A DNA stretch of 64,000 nucleotides, from assembly GCA_000320545.1 (NCBI GenBank), contig ADNK01002143.1, positions 1 through 64,000 of the forward strand. Reading direction: 5' to 3'. Both the position numbers and the translations under genes were made by a program. Below the pieces are notes generated by a model that saw only the letters and a list, made by a program, of their open reading frames with translations, had not been told where the DNA came from and searched no databases. Origin of the DNA: Bigelowiella natans CCMP2755. Lineage: Eukaryota > Protista > Cercozoa. Shown piece by piece: positions 41,359-53,544 of the stretch. Numbering within the stretch: position 1 is the stretch's first letter; the number at the start of each line of letters is the position of its first letter.

Positions 41359-42883
41359 TCACTTTTTTAGCTTAACAAATCGTCCTCCAATACGTGGTCT
41401 CGAAACTGCAAACTTTCGCCTGCATTCATAGCGTATAACCTATGAAACAAGAAATATTGGTCAATATCAGTTAACTAAATCTATTCTTTTGTAATGGTAT
41501 GAGGGACTTTCATCAACTAAATTATGAGCCATGCATTAATGTTGTCGGTATGTAGTAAGTACCTTTTTGAAAGAGCGTTTACGTTTCTTTTCCTTGTATC
41601 TTTGAAGAATGATTTTCTTCTCAATTTTGGTATATTCTCGCACATTCCCATCTTCGTCCTCAAGAGGTCCAATTTTATTCTGATCCTTGACTTCTTCTTT
41701 CGCAGCAACCTTTTCTCGCTTGCTACATTCATCTTTGTCTGATCTTGTTTTACTATTTCCCGTATCTTTTCCCGATCCACTCTCGGATTTTGAAGGTGTG
41801 GATGTAGAGTCATCACCTTGTTCTTCTTTATTCGAATCGTTTTTATGCTTACTTTTTCCATCGTCGCCACTTCCTCCATCATTTTTATCGCTCTCTGATT
41901 TTTGTGATTCTTCTTTTCCCTTTGCGGGCTTCGGTTTTTTCGGCATCAACGGAAGCGCTCCTAGAATGAGATTCTTCTGATCCGTGTTTACAGTGGAGAA
42001 GTCAAAGAGAGATCCTGAGGTGTAAAGAGTCGTCAACCAATTTTGCTGAGGCGAGCTTCGAATCAAATTGGATCATCATCATCATTATCATTATAATCAT
42101 CATACCGTCATCGCCAGACTTAACACTCGAGAAGGAGTTCACTTTCTGAAACATAACTTTTTGTCTGGGCTCCAGGCTCCCGGAAGATGGATTCATTAGA
42201 CCTTCTGTTCTCTCAAAAGACCCTGCTGATTTCCCAAAAAGGGCAGATTCTTCAAACAGTTCGAAACCTTCTGCTGTTCCCACGAATGACGATACTCTGC
42301 GGAATGAAGGAATTTCACCGTTGATACTCTTCGTACTTCTCATCTTCATAGAAGAATCTAGAACATCGTGTTCGACACTGAGGAAGCGTTTGAACTCGTG
42401 AGCTTGCATTGTCTGTTCGCATCATCATCATACAATAATTGAATCAACGAAGGATGTGGAAAAAGAGGGAAGTCACTATAAGAAATACTGAACATAGGAT
42501 GATCACCTGCTCTTGGGCTTGGGATCGTTTCTGTGGTAACTGTTTCTGGTTGAGTTTGGGTGCTCTTTTCAACCGAGAAGCTGCTCGTTCGGATCCTTGT
42601 TGAGAGAACAGGGAATTTCTTCCGGAAAGACTCGTACCATGGAAGAGGTTTTGGTTTCGATCGAGATTATCGAGGTTTATCTGATTACAAAAGCTATTAT
42701 TACTTCCTTCTTTTGTACTGAGATATATATTATTACCTTTGGAATGCCTCCTAGTGCCTCAATTTTGTTCACCGTCCGCTTCCAGCGGTTAAAGCGAAGC
42801 ATTTCCTGATGTACCTTCGAGTCCCTCTCCGACCTGCCCTCCTCGTTCTTCAGACCCGAGAGGGCGACCAAATTCACACTCAT
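41359..42883 (-). CDS. CCT-domain protein (CONSTANS/TOC1-type C-terminal motif)
   Basis: EKKIILQRYKEKKRKRSFKK|VIRYECRRKFAVSRPRIGGRFVKLKK* is a canonical CCT. The N-terminal region is low-complexity with no B-box or receiver domain seen. Confidence 0.85.
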
Positions 42884-43464
42884 GAGCTCGATAGGTAATG
42901 ACGAGGATAACTCTAGATTAAGCTGAGCTGAACAATGGCCCTTTGCTTCAAGTTCCAGCTCCTTGAGGGTGGCAAAGAAATGAAGAAGTCAATAAAGACG
43001 CGGTTCGCTGGGATTATCGAAGAGATTTCGTTCTTCTCGTAGGTTTCCGGAGAAGCATCGTATTCGAAGGGGTTTCGCAGCGATTTCTTACATTCTCAGC
43101 AGATTTCTCCACAATTCACATTGCATTTTCCGAACAACGACCGTCTAGAGAGAACAATGAGTCGAATACGCCTGCCTTTTCAAATAGCAATCACTATGTT
43201 TCAGATCTCCCGAAAGTTTTTCCTTTAATCAAGCCGTAGCCACTGTCGAGAGGTACCATGTCCGGGCCATTTTTATAAAATAATTTATCGGTGAATAGAA
43301 ATTGCAGGAGGTTTTAAAGTTCTGAGAGCTCTATTCGTCAAATGTCCCGTGAAACCGTTTGGTGAGCCTTGGATATTTTCATACCGATACTGCGTATTAC
43401 ACCGTTTCTCTTAGTTTCTTACTGTACGAGAAAAAAACTACTCGTAGATCTACATTTTTTCGCA

Positions 43465-43522
43465 TTTTAACCCGTTTTACATTTGTAATGTCTGGACATT
43501 ACAAATGTAAAACGGGTTAAAA
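43465..43522. repeat. Perfect 28-bp inverted repeat with 2-nt loop
   Basis: ttttaacccgttttacatttgtaatgtc-TG-gacattacaaatgtaaaacgggttaaaa. Confidence 0.95.
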
Positions 43523-43672
43523 ATCGGATGGGTTCTAGACGCAGCCCGTGTTCGCCCTCATTTTAGGTAAAAATATCACAAGAGAATACATAGTACGTCG
43601 CTTGAAATAGAAGAAGAAATAGAAGAATAAATAGAAGAAATAGAAGAAATAGAAGAAGATGATGATAATGGA

Positions 43673-43960
43673 ATGCCTCACCAACCCTCGAGGTCGGTCG
43701 GTCGGTCACACTTTGAGCATCTGTTCTCACTCATCATCGGCGAAGAAATTCGAGCACATAAAATCGATTGTAAGGCTACGAACATGTGCTCAGAGGTGGA
43801 CCTACATAAATGTCTAGAGAGAATTCTTTCAAGAAGAGACCGCATTCTCCAAAAATATTTTGATGCGTTCGATAAATTGGGGGTCTCATGCAAAATCCAT
43901 CAGAATGGAAGGGGGGCGAAATTCCACCTGCAATCTCTCATTCAGTTGACGATGCACTAG
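43673..43960 (+). CDS. Possible small single-exon hypothetical protein (95 aa)
   Basis: ATG-started ORF of normal complexity, divergent from the CCT gene; no motif recognised. Confidence 0.3.
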   Translation: MPHQPSRSVGRSHFEHLFSLIIGEEIRAHKIDCKATNMCSEVDLHKCLERILSRRDRILQKYFDAFDKLGVSCKIHQNGRGAKFHLQSLIQLTMH

Positions 43961-44318
43961 AATACAATGAGTGATCATCATCAATGCCCACCACACAGCT
44001 ACCACTATCACACTTCTACTGTAACTCCAGATTGAAACACCATGTCTATCAAGTATCATGTATGAGACAAGAAGGCGAAGAAGAAGTAGGAAGAGGATAA
44101 AGAGGAAATATATGATCATGACAATATGATTTTAGAAATAGAGCATGAACAGCGGTGGCAATAGCAGCAGCAGCAGCAGCAGGGAGGGACAACAACACGG
44201 CAAATGAATAAACGACAAGAACGAGAACGGTGATGATGATGCAAGCAGTAACAGTGATAAGGTCAGTCATGCTGCATTTCCTTTCAAGTGCTACGAAAGA
44301 GAAAGAGGAAGAGAGAGA

Positions 44319-44365
<47 letters not shown>

Positions 44366-45462
44366 GTGATATGTCAATCGTATTCTAATATGCACGCATC
44401 ATCGTTCTATGGAATACTCAGAATAGCATAGAAGCTGTTGGATTATACGGATTTACATGGTCTTGTGTTCATTGTGCTATAGCTTTCCCTGATAGTAGAC
44501 GTGAGAATAACAGCAATAATAAACAGAATGATAGCAGTAGTGATAATTAAGAGTTTCGTTATAAGCTAGATGTACATCGAAAAATTGCACTCCAACAGCG
44601 GACAACGTGAAGGAGTAGTAGCTATGAGAATGACTGGAAAAAAAGTATAATAAGTGTTAGGTGATGATAATAACTGTTAACTTCTCAAGAAACTACATTT
44701 CCAAAGTGTTTTTTTAAATCTGATTGCAATTCATTAATGCTGCACCCCGCCTGATGACGTACAGCACGCTTCATTAACTAGCTAGCTAGCACTGACACTT
44801 CGTACGATAGCATCCTACAACTTGTAGTGTGTGATTGCTTGATGAAATTTGTAGCTACGCATACAGCATTTAGTAACTGCATCTGGCGACATGGCAACAA
44901 ATGCATTTGGCAAATTTGCTACAAATTCGTACATGAATGCAACAACCTAATAAGCTGCTAGAATTGAATGAAGGTACCAGATGCTTGCTACACATCAGGT
45001 AATCATCTAATTGCAGCGTCTGTGCTTTGCCCCCGCTAGCATGGATGGTCAATGCTTCGAAGCATTGTTACGTGTACTAGTTTGATGTCTAGATGTGTGT
45101 GGTCCGTGCACATTGATGCTATGATGAACAACAGAGAGAAACATTGCGCAGCAGACGAATCGAACAAGTATGCTAAGAAACTACTCCACACGATGCCATG
45201 AGTGAGCCATTTTCATCAAATGTGAACGTCTTGTACATTGCATGCAGCTTGCTGCGACGAAACGATGAGTGACATCCTCTGGAGCTGGTACCTGTCCGCG
45301 TAAAACAATCATGGCATCTTTCCTTGTTTAGCTTACGATGTTGACACATTTGCATGTTTAGCTTTCACTTTCTGCATAAAGCTAAATGAATACTGAGGTG
45401 CTACTACAACCTTATCATCATACCCCTACCTTGGCGGATGAAAGCAAATGCATATTGCGTAA

Positions 45463-45893
45463 TTAAGGAGTCCATAGTTTGCCCTTATCAGCTGCACCGC
45501 TCATCATGTCCTTGTAGTGCTTGTGGGTTTCTTCAATCACCTTAACTGCATCAGCCTAGTAAAATGAGGAGGAGGAAGAGGAGGAGGAGGTAGAGAGTTA
45601 AGCAAGCCAGCTGCTGATGGTTTTGAGCCATAATAAGAACCGAGAAATCGTAAAGAAGAATGATGAATAATAACGCTATACCTTTCCTAGAGCTTTCTCT
45701 CCATGGCCAAAACCGTTGACAGGCTTGTCATCTGGCGTCTTGTACCATCGAAACCATTCTCTGATTCCAGAGACGGTGCCTGGGTAATGCTTCTCAATGT
45801 CCTCCTAGAAATAGTAACAACAGCGACAACAACATTTATGATGACGATCGATACATAGATTTGAATTTTATAATATTATAAAAATACATAATA

Positions 45894-45930
<37 letters not shown>

Positions 45931-46286
45931 TTAAGATTCCTGCTCCTCAATCTCGTAGTAGGATTCTATTCTATCTTCCTAGCCGCCATTCTTTTCTGAA
46001 TTTTTTTGGTCGTCTGAGCATATGCAACGTAGTAGTACCACATCGTTGATCTCAGATGCCTTAGGATCGTTAGCATTGATAGCAATAAGTTTCCAATCAA
46101 GTTCTCCGTCATCTATCATACTGAGGACTCCAAGAGGCTTCACTGCAGTGATGGACCCCATTTCAAGCGTAGCAGAGCCAATCTCCACGACATCAAGAGG
46201 ATCGTTGTCACCGAAAGCACCTCCGACCTGATGATGACGATGTTGAAGAAGAAGAAGATGATGATGATGATGATAATGATGATGAT

Positions 46287-46320
<34 letters not shown>

Positions 46321-47053
46321 CAGTAGTAGTAGTAGTAGCAGTAGTAGTAAGATGCATCAACGTCTCTTTATCATTAATTATAATGAAAGATCACAAATAA
46401 ATAGGTTGTGTCCTCACCACCAACGTCAAAAGATTGAAAACTCTACAATTATTTATCCTCAATTTATATTCTCTATGTGATATTATTATTGTTGTTTATT
46501 GTTATTAATATTATTATTATTATTATCATCATTTGTACGTTATCGTCTCCCTTGATGTTTGGATCTTCCCAAGTTTGAGGCAGGCAGCCATAGTTCCAGA
46601 AGATAGGGCCATGGTAGTAACGAACCTTCCCCTTCTTCATGTCCTATATCATGCACACGGTACACACATATCTAATGTTATATCGATGTGCGTGTGCGTG
46701 TGCGTGTTTGTATGTGAGTACCAGATAGGTAGTAAAATGCTACAATTTGTTTTCCATCATAGAACTGCTTCTACTACCTGTTTGATAGGGTTAAAATCTG
46801 CCTTTGTATCGATTTCCATCTTTGCCTGTAGTAGTCGGATTATATTGATGATAATGATGATGATGATGATGATGATGGTCAATTGAGTTTTTCCAGAATA
46901 AACATTTGCATCAGCATATTTACTTCTTCTACTTTGTCTTCTTCTTCTTCTTCTTCTTACCTTGGTCATCTTGGGAATCTCGGTAACCATGTTGTAAAGT
47001 CCATTCCCAGCTTCCAAAGGAATCTGGTATTCAAATGTTCATCATTTGAGTGC

Positions 47054-47094
<41 letters not shown>

Positions 47095-47808
47095 ATAGTA
47101 GTAGTAGCAGCAGTAGTAAACGTCTGTGTGCACTATTATTCGCTTTGTAACAAATTACGTTGTGCCAGGGGGAAATGGGCTTATCTGCTTCCGAGAAGTC
47201 CATTTTGAACTCCTCTGTTCCAAGCTCTCCTTGAGGTCTAATTTGGTAGACAATAAGTATAGTCTATGTGAGAAGAAGTGACTACTAACAATCAATCGAG
47301 AGATAATGAGTGCTGACTAAATTCGAAAAACTTACTTGCACACGACGGATGCGACAACAGCCTGTCCTAAAGCGGCCTTGCAAGCGACACCAGACTATTC
47401 AAAACAGAAAAGTACATCAAGTTCAGATATTGAGAAAATCCATCATCTTCAGTAGATGAGACTAACCTTGCTTTGGAGAGATTTTGCTGGGATCATATCA
47501 GGCGAAGAAGAGCATCCTCCACCCACCAAAACATATCCATATCCACATGATGCCGATGCAAATCCCCTATATCATCGCATAATCGTCATAAAACTATTTT
47601 GACGAAAGCTTTGAGTGGTAGCTTGACACCACCTTCCAGGAGAGAGCCTTTGGTACGAACTGCCTCCGACAGGTCGGACAATGCGAGAGGAGGAAACTCT
47701 GGAAAGAGTACCTGCAACTTGATGAGGCTGCTTTAATTGGTTCATGACTAACAGCAAGGCAAGGGTTGCCGCTGCAACCGGAATGAGGAGGGATGCAAAG
47801 TTTTTCAT
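45463..47808 (-). CDS. PPA: Family I soluble inorganic pyrophosphatase with bipartite plastid-targeting leader
   Basis: ISPWHN|IPL, EIPKMTK|AKMEI, NPIKQ|[62 protein letters not shown]. Leader [22 protein letters not shown] followed by [19 protein letters not shown]. Confidence 0.93.
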
Positions 47809-47940
47809 CGAGCTCGAGGGAGGGGGGGTTCTGTCTCTGCAGCAGTTGCCGTCGACGTGTCACATCGGTGGGAAAACGCAGGCCATTTTCACAATTTTCA
47901 CTCCTGATATTGTTGTCGTCCTTGCGCAAACAGGAAGAGG

Positions 47941-49140
47941 AACACGCATTCTCGAGAGAGTCCCGTGATGCCCAAGGATGGCGGCGGTGTCCAGTGAACC
48001 CTGCATCGCATTTTTGCTTGCGGGCGCTCTAGCGCTGCTGCCTGCAAATGCATGTCTCCCATGTGGTTCTTGCGCACGTTGTTTTGCATCAATCCTAAGT
48101 TCAATGTTCAATGTTCAATGTCCTCGTAATTTCTTTGGTTGTTCTTGATCGATTGGTTGGATTCAGCATGCACGAACAAACTGCAAAACGCAAGACAGAC
48201 GCACCGCTAGACCGTGAGAATGAGAACGCCAGAAGGGGGTGCACACCACCTGCCACAATCATTGCTTCCTGTGCGCTGTGCGTCCAGAAGTCTGCCACAA
48301 ATTGACCATGAATTTTCTTGTGCGGACAATGACCGTGCCCTTCCAGCCTTGGAGTCTCCCTGACCAGCTAGCCAGCCGCCCTGGAGCCAACTTTTGGCTC
48401 TTTCACATTGCACAATGAACACTCCGAATTTATTTCATTGACACAGGGACAGTGTGGATGACATCATCGGCATTTTTGCACCCCATGAGTTGCGGTGCAT
48501 GTCTGTGCTTCAAATCAGACCCAACTCTTGTTGCTCTTTCCGTCGGGAGATTCAATGTGAGCTTTTCAAACACAGCTGGACAGTCTTGCTAGCTTGGTGC
48601 TGACAACCAGACCAGCACTAGCTAGCTAGAGGAGAGGGCAACCTGTAGCGAATCACAACTTGCAAAGAAATGTCAATGTGATCACTGTCATCAATTGTGA
48701 TCTTCATTTTGAAGGAACAGACCAGCAGAACACGAAGGTACGTCGAAAGGTGAGGAAGGCAAGGGGGCACCGCAGCATCCTTGTTGGATTGCCCTGATTC
48801 TAGGATTGTCTGTGATTGAAAGAGATCTGGAATTTGCTAGTTTTGCTGATTTCTGTTGGTGACGATGTCACAAGAATGATTCATCATGTTCATCTAGTCA
48901 CAACATGTGAGCATCACGTGTCACTGACCACTCAAGACCACACATGTGTGAGCGACACACTAGCATTGAACATGCAACTATCACAAAGCAATCTAGCGAT
49001 GATGATGTGTCAAAGCTACGCACATCTCACAGACGTCAGGAGACACATTGCTCCACACACCTGCACAAGTGAACATCGCTAGAATTTCTTGTTGGTGTAA
49101 ATTGCACTGACAGCATGTGCAGCTTGGTTCACAACGCCGC
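47941..49140. other. TpA-depleted, CTAG-rich intergenic domain
   Basis: Hand count of about 21 TA in 1200 bp, 13 of them in CTAG. Confidence 0.85.
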
Positions 49141-49232
49141 ATGCCGGCGTACACGCGTGAATGTGGGGTTACTCCTTACAAACCAGTGTGTTGTGAGGTT
49201 GTAGCAGCAGCTTCTTTGCTTTCAGTAGACTG

Positions 49233-52200
49233 TTACACGTTTGCTACTTCAGCTTTTCCATTGTCTGCAGTGGACATCATGTTCCTTTCATTTTCACCCT
49301 GGGTTTGATTGGCAAACTTTTTGTTTCCTTCCTCCAACTTAGATTTTGAAGCGCGATCATTGTTTTTCATACAACCCCATTTCCTTAGATACACAGCACA
49401 TCCACCTTTTTCTAGAATCCAAGAAAAATCAGAAGCATCTCCTTGAGGTCCGAATAGGAGCAAGACAGACATGAAGAACAACAAACTGAAACTCAGGCCG
49501 AACGCTACGGTGGAAGCCATGAGGGCTCCCATTGTTGGGAAGAATAAATGTTGTGTTGCAAGTAGCGGAAGCGAGGCACCAAACGTCGTTACACCCCCAG
49601 CAATTACAGTCGCTGCCATACCCACAGCTGCATGAGAAAACCTGAAAACATGCAACAGTTTAGAAACATGCATACTGTGTAACTTAAAGCCTTACCTGTC
49701 AACTTTAGTTTGGATACCAAAACTGTGGAACGCGTCAACAAAAGTATGACCAAGGTGAATTACATAGTCGACCGAGAACACAATCACATAAGTCGACCGA
49801 GAACCCAATCACTATAACACCAGCCACAGCCTCGCTTACACCAAGAGCGCCTCCGCCCCAGACTATGGTTGCAAGAACACATCCGACAATAAATAGAATC
49901 GAAAAGATTGCGTAGACAGAGACCAAAACATTTTGAGTGGAAATTAGAAGAACACTAAATGCGACAGGAAAACAGATAACTAGCCCAGAATAAAATCCCG
50001 CAACTATCCCGAGTTCTGCTTCTACGTTGACCCATTCGTCAGATGCTGCAAACGTGTCGTCCATTCGGACCGCACCAATTAAGCGAGCATTGTTGTTGAT
50101 TTCATCAGCAAAGTCATCTGCAACCGTGCGGGCTTTTTCCTTGTCAACTGTAGTCTCATCCTCGTCAATTGACGTAGAGAATTCAACTTGCACAAACTTC
50201 AGCTCGTCGTTGATGAATCCTATAAGCTGTTGTTTCTCAACAACAGATAGATCATCGTCTAATGTTGTGTTCCTGTAGAGTTTCAATTCCGACATGAATA
50301 AAGATCTTGAGCAGTTGTATGTGGAAAGCCCTGGATTTCGTTCAGAAAACCAAGTTTGGAATGTCGGAAGGAAACATTTTAAAGCATTTGCACTAGGGGG
50401 CATTAAGAGTCCAAAGTTGCAAGCGGATTTATCGCAAGTTCGTGTTCGACCAGCTTCACAAACAAATAGAAATGCTCTTTGAGATGCTTCCTAATTATTT
50501 TATGATCATGTTATCAAAAGGGGAAATTCTTGAAAATAACACATAGACGCGTCAACATATACTTTGAAATTATCATTATTTAATTGTTCAAGATGTGTTT
50601 TGCAAAGGAAAAGTTTGTGCGGCATATAAAATATAAAATAGAAAAGGTTCGAAGAGGCAGATAGACAGAGGGAAAACTAGAATTCGCGGGAATGGGCATA
50701 GTTTCACTGAAAAGAAATAATCCATTCGAGAACTCTAAGTTGCCTCTATCTTTGCTTGGTTCATACACATTAAAACTTCCTCGGTCAAAATCATCGATTC
50801 CAAAAGGATATCGCAGCTCCACGAAACTAGAAAATAAAATAGATATAAGGGATCAGTATGATGTACTGAATCATCACATCAAGAACCTGCTCAATTTTTC
50901 TGGAATGTAATTGTCTATAATTTCATCAGGTACTTCAACAAGCATGTTATCGCTCGGTAAAAACTGTGTTGACTCATCAGGAAGAGAGAGCTATAAGCCG
51001 TAAGCAAAGGAGGTTATCCCATATATTAGGAAAAAAACAAACATTATGATGGCAACCCAGTGATAGCCTTTATACTGCTGTCTCATTGCTGGAACGTATG
51101 CTTTGGAAACAAGCTTATCAAGGATTTCTTGAGATTCTTCCTTGTTTTCTTCTATTACCTTTTCATCTTCATTAGCATTTTTTCCTTCGTGGGTTGTATT
51201 ACCATAAAGTTGCCCCATTGCAGCTGTTGACAATACCCCTAGATTACTGGTGCTCCCCTTCCTGTTAATACCATCTACGATAGAATCCTTTTTCACCCCA
51301 AGGGTAGACTCTTTCTGTTCCTTCATTTCAATATGTCTTTTATCCCCCATAATATCTCCTAGAACAGATGGTTTATCTTCGTCCCTCTCATCAAGAATCA
51401 TTCTATACATTCCGTAACAGCAAAACTTCTTTTTCTCGAACCACACGTGGTTTGTAACCAAGATTGCTGGTACAAGTGAAATGACCAAAATGAAATTAAG
51501 CAGAATCGCCGTAGCTGCAAGAATACCGAAACTTCCGATGGGCATAACAGGGGAAACAGATGTTGCAAGAAAAGATACAATAGTCGTAAAAGATGTAGTA
51601 AAGATTGATCCTACTGAACTTGTAAACGATATCTCCATCCGTTTTTCAAGTATGTCGTCTTCGTCCTCCTCATTCTCAATCATTTCCTGGATTTCAGGAG
51701 CATCGAGAGAGAAACGCCAACCATCATACATGACAAAGACATCATCCGCACCGATTCCTAAGACGAGGAATATGACGAGGATATGTATAAACTGGAAATA
51801 TGGTACTTGGAAGACGCTTCTGTATACGACAATGGCTAGGGGTAAGGAGAAAATGACTTGGAGCATACAAAATGTAGACAGGAAGAAGTTTTTCATCTGA
51901 AATGCCATCCATCCGTACACAAAGGCAAGTGAGAAAATGCAAAGTAGAAGATCTCCACTTGCGATCTCAGTTGTCTCGATATCTGTAAGGGGTCCAGAGA
52001 ACCATTTGCAACGAATACCATTGTGTTCTTGTCGTTCACGATATGGACTAAAAAACCATTGTTGCTCCATATTAAAGAAATCAAAAAAGTCATCCTTTAC
52101 GTATTCGTAGAAGTCTAGGAAATCAATCTGCTGCTCAGATTGTCGATCTGTGGGGGAATTATACCCCTCAAGCGGTGTTCCAAGATCAATCTGCGAACGG

Positions 52201-53400
52201 GTCCTCTCAGTAAAAACTGGAGAGCGCGTCTCAGTATCTTTCTGAAATTAAGGAAGATAGATCAGCTATGATAATTAGAACATAAATATGTTCGTACGTC
52301 CATGAAGAAGAATGAATAAGCTCTGGTTTCATTGCTTATTATCGATCCATCGTAGAGCTCCTGAGCTCTGTTTCTTACGACACTATCGCTTAGTAGTGGA
52401 CACGAGGCGTTGGCAACGGTTCCATAGAATGCGTATGTAATTGTAACTGCAACGGACAAGTTATAAGCGAACCATACAAAATAGGATGATGCTGTTGATC
52501 TCACATTGAGGCTCCGCGCAATTTCCAGATGTGCTATTCAATTTGCAATATCGTGTATAGTCCTGGGTATTAAGAAAGATTTGTTCCACTTCACACATGC
52601 TTTTAACATTTTGTGAGGTGAAGATATCTCCGCCTCTGTGTAAAATATAACAGAATTAGCATTGGTTCTGTATTAGAATAAAAATTTACTCACCCTCCTT
52701 CAAAGGTAATCCAGAAGCGCGATCGATCATCAGCCTGTGCTCTTGGGCTCACCTGGCCTGTAGCAGCTAAATTTTCTGCGTCATCTACCGCTTCATTTTC
52801 GATAGAAGCTCTCCCAAATGGGACAACCTAGAAATATTTGGATTAAAGATCGTAGATGCTGTTGACCATAAAGTACCCAATCATATATCGTTGGTTCGGA
52901 AAACTCAAAAGACCCGCCTGCGAAGCCAGAAACTGTGACACTGAGGAAAATCTACACTGTAATGCTGTTGTCGAATTGTCGAACGACGATGAATATGGTT
53001 ACATGAGGCAGAAGAACAAAATACCAAACATAACCGATGCCGGGAATTGAGTCTGACATGAAAGGATATCATGATCACATGGGATTTATTAATAAATCTA
53101 TGCATTACAATGAGTTGAGACATGTATCCAACACTTGAATGAACAGGATGGCAGTCTCTTTTGTGAGGAGGCAAAGCGTGCGGGATTCGTCTCTGTGGAT
53201 ATCGAGTTGGAAGATCAGTCTAAACGAAAGACGGATCGACGCAATGACGGGACCTTTGCTCTTTGGTGAGCTAATGGAAACGGGTACTGCTTCTTCTCCT
53301 CTTCATAGCCATCATCAAATTCTTCTTTCATCTCGTCTTTTATCTCTTATACCTCGTCTTTCATGGCAACCTCATCCATGGTACTACTAGTATCACGCAT
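49233..53400 (-). CDS. Dispatched/Patched-family RND (sterol-sensing) membrane protein; frameshifted at 49766-49812 as assembled
   Basis: TM4 LVLGIGADDVFV, SIFTTSFTTIVSF, PIGSFGILAA. Second repeat VIGFSVD-[dup]-YVIHLGH and AVGMAATVIAGGVTT, FFPTMG. Two large luminal loops. Confidence 0.85.
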
Positions 53401-53544
53401 GATGGCACTTGGATTGTCCGCTTGTACACTCAAGTTGATTGTTTTCCTCAGAAGACAGTGAAGAGCACTGACAACTCACATGAATGAACTCCGTTCTATT
53501 TCCGCGTCATTCATCGAATGTCTCGAAAAACCATATTTCTACCT

